Below, in pieces: positions 35,824 through 44,224 of a stretch of 64,000 nucleotides of DNA; position 1 is the stretch's first letter, and each line of letters opens with the position of its first letter. The DNA lies in IMG/VR virus record IMGVR_UViG_3300028400_000005, positions 1 to 64,000 of that record, one strand, 5' to 3'. The position numbers and the translations under genes were made by a program. Under the pieces are notes generated by a model. That model made no database searches. It was given only the letters and a program-made list of their open reading frames with translations, and was not told the origin of the DNA. The DNA is from a virus.

Positions 35824-36615
35824 ATGGGCGACGCCCCGGAGAAGGATCAGGAGAACCCCTTTCTGGCGCTGGTCGAGGAAATCCGCTCGAAGAACCCGCC
35901 GGCGGCGCGGGTCGAGTCCGACCACGAGTGCTTCGACGGGATGGTCGAGGACGACAAGGGCCGCTGGGTGCCGTGCCCGGTGTGCAAGGCGCGGCGCGAC
36001 GAAGCCATGCTGCGCATGCGCCTCCAGTCGTCGGGGATCGCGGAGCGCTACCTCGACGTGGGCTGGGACGACCTCGAGATGCTGCCGCCCTTCCCGCTGG
36101 TGCGAAGCGTGGCCGAGCGCATCGGCGACCTGATCCACGCCGGCGAGTCCGCGGTGTTTACGGGGCCGGTGGGGACGGGCAAGACCCAGGCCGGGCTGCT
36201 CCTGGTGCGGGCTGCGGTGCGCGCCGGGTTCGAGGCGCGGGTCGTCAACGTCGGCTGGCTGGGGGTTGAGGTGCGCTCCACCTGGAACGGCGGTGAGGGC
36301 ATCACGGAAAACGAGGCCGTGCGCCTCATGGCTCAGCCCGACCTGCTGCTGCTCGACGACGTGGGGGCCGGCGAAACCCGCAACGCCGAGCTCGAGCGCC
36401 GCCTCCTCTACCTCGCCCTCGAGGCGCGGAACCAGAACCGGCGCCCGACGATCATCACGACCAACCTCGGGGTTGGGTCAAAATCGGCCTCGCGCGCCAC
36501 ATTGGAGCAGTACCTTGGAGGGCGGATATGGGACCGCCTCAAGCCGCTCCGGGTGGTGGCCTTCAAGCACGGGAAAAACTTCAGGGAGCGGGAGATTAGC
36601 GTATGGGCAAACTGA
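35824..36615 (+). CDS. DnaC/IstB-like AAA+ helicase loader
   Basis: CPVC, GPVGTGKT, LLLLDDVG and PTIITTN. Confidence 0.9.
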   Translation: MGDAPEKDQENPFLALVEEIRSKNPPAARVESDHECFDGMVEDDKGRWVPCPVCKARRDEAMLRMRLQSSGIAERYLDVGWDDLEMLPPFPLVRSVAERIGDLIHAGESAVFTGPVGTGKTQAGLLLVRAAVRAGFEARVVNVGWLGVEVRSTWNGGEGITENEAVRLMAQPDLLLLDDVGAGETRNAELERRLLYLALEARNQNRRPTIITTNLGVGSKSASRATLEQYLGGRIWDRLKPLRVVAFKHGKNFREREISVWAN

Positions 36616-38033
36616 GCTATGACGACCTGGTCGATCCGGCCCGCTGGGACGTGGTGGGCTACGAGATCGGCTTGGATGACCTGGGCGAGTTTGAACCCGA
36701 CGACATCGTGCGCAGCCGTCGCGCTCAGCTGCTGATGCGTCAGGAACGTTATGAAGAAGCGCTCCTCGAGCTCGACCGCGTAGAGGGACCTCCGGGATCG
36801 GGGTTGCGCCGGCTGGCGCGGCTGGGCCTTGGGCTCTACGAGCGGGTGCTGCAATCCGAACCCACGCCCGCGGAAACCCTGAACCCCATCGAGCTCGAGG
36901 AGCAGTTCTACTTCGCCTTTGCCCGGGCGGGTGCGGCCAGCCAGCTCGGCAAGCTGGACCTGGCGCTGCAGCACAACGCCGTGGCGGAGTTCATCGCCCG
37001 CACCCTGCGCATGGAGCGCCGTCTCCACGTCGTTCATGCGGACATCCTGCGCATTCGCAACCTGATGGGCGACCCCCAGCCCGAGGAAATGGCCGGACTC
37101 TACGCGATCATGGGGCGCTGGAACCGGCGCCTGAGCCTGTGGGGGCGGCGCACCCTCGTGGAGATGCACCTGGCGCGCGGGGACTACACCAGGGCGCACC
37201 GTGACGCTCGGGGCGATTCGGCCCTCGAGGCGTTCACCGGCATGCTGGCCTGCGACGGAACCGCGCGCCCCAGCAACGGCGATCACGGGGCCATCGCCAA
37301 CATCGCGCAAAGCGTTCTGGGCGGCCACTACCTGCCCGATGACGTTGCCTCGCAGCCGTACAGCGACTACGCCCGGGTGATCCGCGCCTACGGGCTGCTG
37401 CGCCGGGGGCATCCGACGGCCGCCATGCGCCACCTGGGACCCAAGCCCCCGGGCTTCCCCGACCAGCGCGTCTACTGGGGCGGGGTCGCGCTGCTGGCGC
37501 TGGCGCACGCCGGCAGCAGCGGACTTCCCCCGTTCGACCCCCTGTCCATCGCGGACGTAGTGCACGAGGGCGTGGCGAGGATGATCTCCACCGACGGAGT
37601 GGTGTGCGTGATGCGGCGGTACATGCCCGACGCCCTGGCCGCCCTGGCCGTGCATCCCGAGACCCACCCGCACCTGGCCGGCGGGCTGGCCGAAGTACCC
37701 CTGCTGGTCGGTGGGTGGGTGGAATACCGCGGCGACCGCGTCAAGGTCCCCCCCACCCTTGGCGAGGCTGCGATCTTGCGCGCGCTGGGCGTGTCCAACG
37801 GCCGCCTGCCTACGGTCCACGCCGCCCAGGAGTCACGCTACCGGTCGTACCTTGGGCGGATGGGGCTGTCCCCGGACGAAGTCGTGAACGTGGGCGTGCT
37901 CTACCGCCTAGCGCGCACCATGGAGGGCATCGCCAACGGCGACAACGTGCGAAGCGCCCGCGCGTGGCGGCGCGTCGCCGAAGAGCTGGCCTCCAAGGCC
38001 CCGGTCTTGCAGTCCTACGACACCGGGCACTAA
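36603..38033 (+). CDS. TPR-like alpha-solenoid protein, candidate peptide receptor/regulator
   Basis: TPR-like helices (RAQLLMRQERYEEAL, ARAGAASQLGKLDLAL, LVEMHLARGDYTRA, RAYGLLRRGHPTAA). Directly followed by a secreted-peptide gene. Confidence 0.7.
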   Translation: MGKLSYDDLVDPARWDVVGYEIGLDDLGEFEPDDIVRSRRAQLLMRQERYEEALLELDRVEGPPGSGLRRLARLGLGLYERVLQSEPTPAETLNPIELEEQFYFAFARAGAASQLGKLDLALQHNAVAEFIARTLRMERRLHVVHADILRIRNLMGDPQPEEMAGLYAIMGRWNRRLSLWGRRTLVEMHLARGDYTRAHRDARGDSALEAFTGMLACDGTARPSNGDHGAIANIAQSVLGGHYLPDDVASQPYSDYARVIRAYGLLRRGHPTAAMRHLGPKPPGFPDQRVYWGGVALLALAHAGSSGLPPFDPLSIADVVHEGVARMISTDGVVCVMRRYMPDALAALAVHPETHPHLAGGLAEVPLLVGGWVEYRGDRVKVPPTLGEAAILRALGVSNGRLPTVHAAQESRYRSYLGRMGLSPDEVVNVGVLYRLARTMEGIANGDNVRSARAWRRVAEELASKAPVLQSYDTGH

Positions 38034-38042
38034 GGTGCAGGC

Positions 38043-38141
38043 ATGAAAAAGTACAGAAAGTACCTCCCCGCGCTTTTGGTCCTCGGAATCCTGCTTTGGG
38101 CCGCCATCGCCAACGCTGACCCCTGTCCGGGTTGCGTGTAG
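38043..38141 (+). CDS. 32-aa secreted pro-peptide MKKYRKYLPALLVLGILLWAAIANA|DPCPGCV, candidate signalling peptide
   Basis: Read directly, below the ORF-track cutoff. Basic N-region, hydrophobic core, A-N-A cleavage site and an AAGG RBS. Starts 9 nt after the TPR stop. Confidence 0.85.
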   Translation: MKKYRKYLPALLVLGILLWAAIANADPCPGCV

Positions 38142-38150
38142 CGCCTCTGG

Positions 38151-38206
38151 GTGTTAGTCGAGTGTTACCAAAAGCCACCCATTCCCGGTAAGGGGCGCGG
38201 TAAAAT
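38151..38206 (+). promoter_or_regulatory. Putative activator-dependent leaderless promoter with a GTGTTA direct repeat
   Basis: TAAAAT at 38201-38206 lies 6 nt before ATG 38213 with no recognisable -35. GTGTTA occurs at 38151 and 38162, 11 bp apart. Confidence 0.5.
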
Positions 38207-38212
38207 CCGAAC

Positions 38213-38404
38213 ATGGCATTGACTATGAAAACACCCACTCAGCAGGAGGCCCGAAACCGGCTCATCAAGGCCACGGAGGGCGACCTGGACAGCGAAATCG
38301 CCGCGTTTTCGATCATCGCCAAAGCCAACGAAATCGGCCAGCTGCTCCAGCAGCTGGCCCCCGAGGCGCGCGAGACCGCGCGCGAGCTTCTAAGAGCCTT
38401 GTAG
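38213..38404 (+). CDS. Small helical protein (63 aa), candidate effector/antirepressor
   Basis: Has its own -10 box and lies just after the peptide gene. Confidence 0.6.
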   Translation: MALTMKTPTQQEARNRLIKATEGDLDSEIAAFSIIAKANEIGQLLQQLAPEARETARELLRAL

Positions 38405-38815
38405 CGTCTTCTGGCCCTTCGGGGCCGCACGCAAGGCCCGATCCAGGGCCGTGAGGATCACGCTGTTCTGCGTGATCTTTTCTTTGCGGGACTGGTTCAG
38501 CCGCTCCACCGTGTCGTGGAGGACCCGGACCAGCTCCACGGGCAGCCGTTGGCTGCGCACCGGGTCGTACGGACGCGGGTTACGCCAGTACCGGGGCAGC
38601 GCGTCCGGGCGGCGCCGCGCCTCCCGCAGGAAGGCGGCGAGCGCGCGCTCAACGTAGCCCTGGATCGTGAGCCCTTCGGCCATGGCCGCGATCTTCAGCT
38701 CCTGGTACATGTCGTCCGGCATTTTGTAGGACACGATCCGCCGCAACTGCTGTTTCGGGCCGACCGGCTTCGCGCTGTGCTCCATCAGCCCCTCGTACTG
38801 GTGTTTGTTGGGCAT
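38390..38815 (-). CDS. ParA partner with tandem ribbon-helix-helix-like domains
   Basis: IVSYKMPDDMYQELKIAA..TIQGYVERAL and SQRLPVEL..ITQNSVILTALD. Directly downstream of parA. Confidence 0.7.
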   Translation of the reverse strand: MPNKHQYEGLMEHSAKPVGPKQQLRRIVSYKMPDDMYQELKIAAMAEGLTIQGYVERALAAFLREARRRPDALPRYWRNPRPYDPVRSQRLPVELVRVLHDTVERLNQSRKEKITQNSVILTALDRALRAAPKGQKTLQGS

Positions 38816-38826
38816 GGCTCCTCCTG

Positions 38827-39624
38827 TTAGCGGCTGGGCACCAGCTCGGCCCGTTCCGCGACCCAGTCCCCCAGCGCCATGTAGTCAATCGCGCCCGGGG
38901 ACCGGGGCTTGTACTCGAAGATGGTCAGCCCGCGCTCCGGCGCTTCGGCGAGGTGGACGTTGCGCCGGATGTGACCGGCGTAGGTGGGCCCGTAGGCCTC
39001 CTGCAGGTCGGGCACGAGGTTGCGGGACAGACGTTCGCGTCGGTCGATCATCGTGGCCAGCACGCCCATCAGCGCCGGCGCGTAACCGAGGCGGTCGCGC
39101 ATGGCGCGCAGGCGCGTTCGCAGCCCCTCCACCCCGGCCCGGGTGGCCGCACCGGGGGCCACGGGCACGATGACGGCGTCGGCCGCGTAGAGGGCGAGCA
39201 GGCTGGCCAGGTTGACGGTGGGGCCCACGTCTATGATCACGAGCTGGTAGCGGTCGCTGACCTCCTTAAGCCGCTCGGCCAGGATCATGTGCCGGTCTTC
39301 GCGGCCGGCGATCTCGAGCTCGGCTTGGGCGATGCGGGGGTTGTTGGGGATGAGGTCGAGCCCGTCGCGCACGTTCAGGGTGATGAGCTCGTCGGCGGGG
39401 CGGTAGGTCGGGTCGAGCGGGTCCGAAAACACCAGCATCTCGTACATCCCCGCGCGGTCCTCCCCCTCCGTGGTGAACCCCAGGAACATGCCCGCCTGCC
39501 CCTGCGAGTCCATGTCCACGAGCAGCACCTTGCCTACGCGGTCGGCCAGGTAGGCCGCAAGGTTGACCGCGGTGGTGGTCTTCCCCACCCCGCCCTTTTC
39601 AGCAGCGATAGCCAGGACCATCAT
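38827..39624 (-). CDS. parA: ParA/Soj partition ATPase
   Basis: KGGVGKTT, VDMDSQG, IIDVGP and EAP..G..IFEY.P.S. Confidence 0.95.
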   Translation of the reverse strand: MMVLAIAAEKGGVGKTTTAVNLAAYLADRVGKVLLVDMDSQGQAGMFLGFTTEGEDRAGMYEMLVFSDPLDPTYRPADELITLNVRDGLDLIPNNPRIAQAELEIAGREDRHMILAERLKEVSDRYQLVIIDVGPTVNLASLLALYAADAVIVPVAPGAATRAGVEGLRTRLRAMRDRLGYAPALMGVLATMIDRRERLSRNLVPDLQEAYGPTYAGHIRRNVHLAEAPERGLTIFEYKPRSPGAIDYMALGDWVAERAELVPSR

Positions 39625-40262
39625 GACACCCGCTTAGGCCGCACCCACGTCACCACACCAATCACCTTGTCGCTCGGCTTGGGCGGCGGGGCCTCTTCGT
39701 CGTCGTACACGTAGCCGCCCTTGGTGGCCCACACGGCCTCGAGGCCGCTACCCAGCCGCTCGAGCACCACGAGGTCGCCCTCTTCGATCCGCTCGGTCGC
39801 CCGCACCCCCACCGGCTCGTTGAGCGGCAGACAGGCGATCCTGCCCGACGTGGGAACGAAGAGCAGGTCGCAGGGCAGCGCCGGCTCCTCGCGCCGCGCG
39901 GCGGGGCCCTGGGCGGACTCCCCCTCGAGGTAGACGGGCACCGTCACGGCGACCTTGGCCGCCGGTTCGCCGTTGGCGGGCGCCACCACGGCGAGCCCGG
40001 TCTCCTCCACGAACCCCTGGTAGTCCCCGTCCCACAGGAGGGCGACCAGGGTACGCAGCCGGGCCGGCGAGAGGGTGCGCACGGCTACGTCGGGCTGCGT
40101 GATCAGCGTATGCAGCGTCGGGCGCGACACGCGCTCGTAGATACCGGGTTCGCGCTCGGCCAGGTCCTGGCTAAGCGCGTCCACGTCCCGCAGGCTCAGC
40201 TTGCGGGCCTTCATCCGCTGGTGTATCGCGTCCGAAAGAGACTTGGTTTTGACTGCTCCCAC
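39621..40262 (-). CDS. CI-like repressor (HTH plus degenerate S24-like domain)
   Basis: N-terminal HTH (LSLRDV..VSRPTL), C-terminal EGDLVV and VIGVV, and divergent from a Cro-like gene. Confidence 0.7.
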   Translation of the reverse strand: MGAVKTKSLSDAIHQRMKARKLSLRDVDALSQDLAEREPGIYERVSRPTLHTLITQPDVAVRTLSPARLRTLVALLWDGDYQGFVEETGLAVVAPANGEPAAKVAVTVPVYLEGESAQGPAARREEPALPCDLLFVPTSGRIACLPLNEPVGVRATERIEEGDLVVLERLGSGLEAVWATKGGYVYDDEEAPPPKPSDKVIGVVTWVRPKRVS

Positions 40263-40312
40263 CTAACTCCACCCCCGTAAATGCGTGTGCCTCTTCCCTC
40301 CGTATAGTGCTT

Positions 40313-40401
40313 ATTGTAGTCCAGAATATTGGATAACGCAAATGGACAGACAGCACGGCTGGCCAGCTTGCCCCCTTGTCCGTCTGTCTGTAAAATGAGA
40401 C
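40313..40401. promoter_or_regulatory. Immunity switch: divergent promoters with two operators
   Basis: Leftward TTGCGT-17-TACAAT with GTCC-N8-GGAT (40319-40334) in the spacer. Rightward TTGCCC-17-TAAAAT with GTCT-N8-AGAC (40386-40401). Confidence 0.8.
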
Positions 40402-40403
40402 AC

Positions 40404-40607
40404 ATGGAGACGATCCGCCTCAGCGAAATCCACACGCGCCTGAGCGAGCTGTCCGGCGAGCAGATCCTCGAGCTCGCTCGCCGAACCGGCATCGGCCGCT
40501 CGACCCTGTACCAGTACCGCGCCAGCCCGGAGGCGCTGAAGCGGGCTCGAGGCTCCACCCTGCTGGCCATCCAGAGGGCCCTGGATGAGGTGCGCGATGC
40601 TGCCTAG
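40404..40607 (+). CDS. Cro-like HTH protein
   Basis: ILELARRTGIGRSTLYQY, leaderless start at 40404. Confidence 0.8.
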   Translation: METIRLSEIHTRLSELSGEQILELARRTGIGRSTLYQYRASPEALKRARGSTLLAIQRALDEVRDAA

Positions 40608-41250
40608 GGACCTGGACCCGTGGGGCGAGTGGCGCAACCCGGGCCTGAACCCCGACGTGGCCGAGTTCCTGGTGACCCACCGACCCACCTACGCGCAGTC
40701 GGTGGGTTTCATCCGAGCGGAGCGGCCGCGCGAGAACAATCATGAGGCCACCGCGTGGTGGAGCACCACCCCTGCCCGCGCGCACCTCATCAACGCGCTG
40801 CTGCGCCGGGGCGATCGCACCGTCGAGGCGGTCGAGCGGGAGCTGGGCATCCCCTCGTCCAAGATTTACTACTACCTGCGCGAGTTCCGCATGGCCTTCC
40901 AGCCCCGTCCGGGCTCGTCGGTGGTCATCATCGGCTACAGGGGCGAGTTCTACGAGGGGTGGGTGCTCAAGGACTACGGGAACGGCCGGGCGCGCCTGGT
41001 CGTGCCCGAGCACGGGGCGGTGGTCGAGGGCGAATGGAGCCGCACCAACCAGGCGTTCCGTTTGTCGCAGCCGTTACCGCGCACGGTGCCGCTTCGTGCC
41101 GCGGCGGAAAGCATGGGCGTCAAGGACTCCACGCTGCGCAAAGCCCTCAAGGCGCTGGGGGTGCCGGTCTACCAGCGGGCCCCTGTGCCGCTGCTCCAGC
41201 GCATGCTGCCTGAGCGAGCCCGCTACCTGGGAGGGCTATGGGGGAGCTAA
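40597..41250 (+). CDS. HTH-containing early protein
   Basis: TVEAVERELGIPSSKIYYY and LRAAAESMGVKDSTLRK helices. Confidence 0.65.
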   Translation: MLPRDLDPWGEWRNPGLNPDVAEFLVTHRPTYAQSVGFIRAERPRENNHEATAWWSTTPARAHLINALLRRGDRTVEAVERELGIPSSKIYYYLREFRMAFQPRPGSSVVIIGYRGEFYEGWVLKDYGNGRARLVVPEHGAVVEGEWSRTNQAFRLSQPLPRTVPLRAAAESMGVKDSTLRKALKALGVPVYQRAPVPLLQRMLPERARYLGGLWGS

Positions 41251-41453
41251 TCGCGCTCATCGAGCGGCTGGATCTGGCCAATGGGCTGCCCTACCTGCTG
41301 GCGGCGCGCGCCGGTGAGCTAGATAACCCGCCGTTGATCTGGCTCCTGTGGGAAGTGGAGGGCCTGGTCGAGGGGTCCAAGCTCACCGCGAAGGGTGAGA
41401 AGGTGGTGCACCACCTTCTCGGGCTGGCCGATGCCCTGGACATAGCCATCTGA
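41238..41453 (+). CDS. Hypothetical protein
   Basis: GGAGG RBS, coupled to the upstream gene. Confidence 0.55.
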   Translation: MGELIALIERLDLANGLPYLLAARAGELDNPPLIWLLWEVEGLVEGSKLTAKGEKVVHHLLGLADALDIAI

Positions 41454-41480
41454 GACGGACAAGCAAGCAAGGGAGACTGC

Positions 41481-41951
41481 ATGTACATTCAACGGGACAG
41501 ACGCACCGGGGAGCTGGGGCTCGTCCTGTGCGCTGCGGTGCTGGTGCTCACCCGCTACCGCTACGGGGGCGAGTATTGGCACATGGACATGAACGGCCTC
41601 GGCCTCGCGGCGCTTTGGCGGGCGCGGGAGCTGGAGCAGGCCGGCTACTACGTGCACCTCCGCCCAACCCGCACGGTGGTGCCCTCGCGCTGGCTGCTCG
41701 TAGCCCAGCTGCTGCTGGCGGCTTGGGTCGAGCGCGTCAGCGACCGAATCGGCCGGTGGGCAGAGGCCATATGGCACCGCAGCTGGAAGCACCACGTCCG
41801 GGCCGGCCGGCAGCTGGCACGCCGGGTCGCCTCGAGGTTGTGGCGGCGCGTGCGTGCGGCGGCCGGGGTGGCGCTTGGAGAACGACTCGAGCGCGCGGCG
41901 CCGAAACCGCGGGCATGGCCGCGGTACCGGAAGCCCTGGAAGCGGTGGTAG
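41481..41951 (+). CDS. Hypothetical basic protein
   Basis: GGGAG RBS. Confidence 0.55.
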   Translation: MYIQRDRRTGELGLVLCAAVLVLTRYRYGGEYWHMDMNGLGLAALWRARELEQAGYYVHLRPTRTVVPSRWLLVAQLLLAAWVERVSDRIGRWAEAIWHRSWKHHVRAGRQLARRVASRLWRRVRAAAGVALGERLERAAPKPRAWPRYRKPWKRW

Positions 41952-41974
41952 GGAAGAGGGACAGGCAAGCCAGC

Positions 41975-42008
41975 TTGACGGCTTTGTCAGCCGTCCGGTA
42001 TCCTAGAC
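41975..42008 (+). promoter_or_regulatory. Promoter (TTGACG / TATCCT) with operator GTCC-N8-AGAC (41993-42008)
   Basis: Seen directly. It drives the clamp operon. Confidence 0.8.
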
Positions 42009-42031
42009 ACGCAAGGCGAGGAGGTTAAGCC

Positions 42032-42286
42032 ATGAAGACACCCGAAGCAGTTCTCCAGCACGCACCCGCCGCCGCTCACGGCGCCGCGTCGGCGGCCGTG
42101 ACGCTCTTGCCGGCTGACGGCTGGCGCGCCGTCTATGAAGGCGGGGACGCGCGACCGTTGGTAGCTTGGCGCTTCGTCGGAGACCGCGGCGAGGGCATCG
42201 TGCTCAACGAAGCGGGGGAGACGGTAGCGGCCCCGATGCTCCCGGGGTTCAAACGCTACCTGTACGTCCAGCGGAGGAGCGCATGA
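42032..42286 (+). CDS. Hypothetical protein
   Basis: GAGGAGG RBS and the motif LLPADGWRAVY..PLVAW. Confidence 0.65.
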   Translation: MKTPEAVLQHAPAAAHGAASAAVTLLPADGWRAVYEGGDARPLVAWRFVGDRGEGIVLNEAGETVAAPMLPGFKRYLYVQRRSA

Positions 42287-43353
42287 AGTTCGCCCAGGCC
42301 GTCTCACTCCTGGCGGGCCTCGTGCCTACCCGCGCCAGCAACCCGGCGCTGGGCCACATCCACCTCGATACCAAAGACGGGGTGCTCGTCGGCCGCGCGT
42401 CCAACGGGGAAGTGGACCTCGAAATCATGACGACGGAGGCGGCCCTCGAGCTGGATCCGGGCGGGGTGCTGGTGCCCCCGGCGGGGTTTGCGCGGTTTGT
42501 CGCTAGCCTGAAAGAACCTGCGCTGGGATACGACCCCGAGACGCGCGAGCTGGTCGTCAGCGGCGGCGCAGCCTCGGCCCGTTTCCGCACCGGCCGCGCC
42601 GACGACTTCCCCGAGATGCGCGCCTTTGGGGGCGAGGTTCCGCGCGTGCGCATCCCTGCCGGCGAGCTTCGCCGGGCGCTGTCCGTGCGCTTCGCAAGCT
42701 CGGCCGAAGACTACCGCGCGATCTTCCGCGGGGTGCAGTTCGAGTTCCGCGAGAAAGGCTTCCGCACCGCGGCCTCGGACGGGTTCCGCCTCGCGGTCTA
42801 CGACTTCCCCGAAAGCGAGGGCGAGGTCGAACGCCTGTTCGTCATCGCCCGAAAGTCGCTCGACGTGCTGAGCAAGCTCCTTCCCGGGGACGAGTCGCCC
42901 GTAGAGGTGGCCGTCCAAGGCCCGCAGGTGCAGTTCGTGTGGGAAGGCGTGCGCCTGGTCCTCACGGCCATGGAGGGGCAGTTTCCCGACTACGAGCGGG
43001 TCGTGCCCAAGGAGATCACCCACACCATCGAAGCGCCGCGTGACGACCTCCTGACCGCGCTCAAGCGGCTGGCGCCGCTCACGGACCCGAACACGGCCCG
43101 GGTGGACGTGCGGTTCGAGGACGGGGCCGCCACACTCACCGCCGAGGGCGACTACGGTAAGGCCAACGACCGGGTGGAGCTCCTGGCGGTCCAGGGCGAA
43201 CCCGTCCTGCAGTCGTACAACCTGCATTACCTGCAGGAGGCGCTGCAGCACGTGGACACCGATCGTGCCACCCTCGAGCTCAGCGGTCCCGTGACCCCTG
43301 CGGTCATCCGCGGAGAAAGCACCTGGAGCATCGTGGTACCGCTGCGAACCTAG
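42283..43353 (+). CDS. dnaN: DNA polymerase III beta sliding clamp (phage-encoded)
   Basis: NPALGHI, DDFP, ASDGFRLA, EGQFPDYERVVP, YL.EAL and C-terminal VVPLR. Confidence 0.93.
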   Translation: MKFAQAVSLLAGLVPTRASNPALGHIHLDTKDGVLVGRASNGEVDLEIMTTEAALELDPGGVLVPPAGFARFVASLKEPALGYDPETRELVVSGGAASARFRTGRADDFPEMRAFGGEVPRVRIPAGELRRALSVRFASSAEDYRAIFRGVQFEFREKGFRTAASDGFRLAVYDFPESEGEVERLFVIARKSLDVLSKLLPGDESPVEVAVQGPQVQFVWEGVRLVLTAMEGQFPDYERVVPKEITHTIEAPRDDLLTALKRLAPLTDPNTARVDVRFEDGAATLTAEGDYGKANDRVELLAVQGEPVLQSYNLHYLQEALQHVDTDRATLELSGPVTPAVIRGESTWSIVVPLRT

Positions 43354-43459
43354 CGGTTAACCGGCCGTCCTACCCTCCTAGGGCGGTACCCCCGCGGTTC
43401 CTACCGTGGGGGTACCGTTTGTTACCGCTACCCATGTACCGCTCGAGGCCGGAAAAACT

Positions 43460-43482
43460 CCCACGGTATCGACGCGTACGGT
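43460..43482 (+). promoter_or_regulatory. Late-promoter motif
   Basis: cccACGGtatcgacgcg-TACGGT-7 nt-ATG 43490. Confidence 0.65.
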
Positions 43483-43489
43483 AGGTGCG

Positions 43490-44224
43490 ATGGGTGACCG
43501 TTCCGACGACTACATCCAGCTCCCCAACGGCGGGCGGGCGCTGCGCTGCAAGGCCACCCTCAAGAACGGCAAGCGCTGCTCCAACCCGGCCCGCAAGGGC
43601 TTCGAGGTCTGCTGGAAGCACGGCGCCGGATCGGGCAAGCGCGAAAAGGAGGGCACGCGTAAGCCCCCGGGCCGGCCGCCCGTGCATGGCCTCTACTCCA
43701 AGCACGGGCTCACCTCGATCCGGGAGCTGCGGGATCAGCTGCTCGAGCTCGGGGGAGAGCTCGACAACACCGACGCGGCGCTGGCCACCCTCAAGGCCAC
43801 CCTCGAGTGGCTGCTCAGCCTCGCGGACAACCAGAAGGACAAGGCGGAGAAGTTCGAGAAGCTGGCCGATACGCTCGCCGCGGCGGCCTCGGAGGCGAGG
43901 TCGTACGGCGACGTGGAAACGGCCGTCGAGCTGGGTCGGGACGTGCGCGCGGCCCTGCGGCTCGCCACCGAGCTGTCGTCCTGGACGGACCGCCTCGTCG
44001 AGGCCGCCCTCAAGGTGATCAACGCGGTCAAGCAGCGCGCCGAAACCCGGGCCAAGCTGGCCGAAACCAGGGCGCTCGAGCAGTTCGTCAAGCTGGCCGC
44101 GGGCGTCCGCGACATCGTTTGGGACCTGATGGACGAGGAAACCCTGAACGTCTTCGAGGACCGCTTGCGCCGGGAGCTGCTGGCCCCGAAGCGCCTGCAG
44201 CTCCCGGAACGCACGCAGGACTAG
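43490..44224 (+). CDS. Probable terminase small subunit (HGGxSTG-like N-terminus)
   Basis: RCKA..GKRCSNPA..VCWKHGA and HGLYS, a helical C-terminus and a late promoter. Confidence 0.7.
   Translation: MGDRSDDYIQLPNGGRALRCKATLKNGKRCSNPARKGFEVCWKHGAGSGKREKEGTRKPPGRPPVHGLYSKHGLTSIRELRDQLLELGGELDNTDAALATLKATLEWLLSLADNQKDKAEKFEKLADTLAAAASEARSYGDVETAVELGRDVRAALRLATELSSWTDRLVEAALKVINAVKQRAETRAKLAETRALEQFVKLAAGVRDIVWDLMDEETLNVFEDRLRRELLAPKRLQLPERTQD

Noticed and set aside
35803-36615. IstB ATPase of an IS21 element
   Set aside because: No IstA transposase or terminal repeats. It follows a replication initiator, so it is a DnaC-like loader.
42283-43353. dnaN as evidence of a host chromosomal origin region
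   Set aside because: No dnaA or other housekeeping neighbours, and its operon carries the phage operator.
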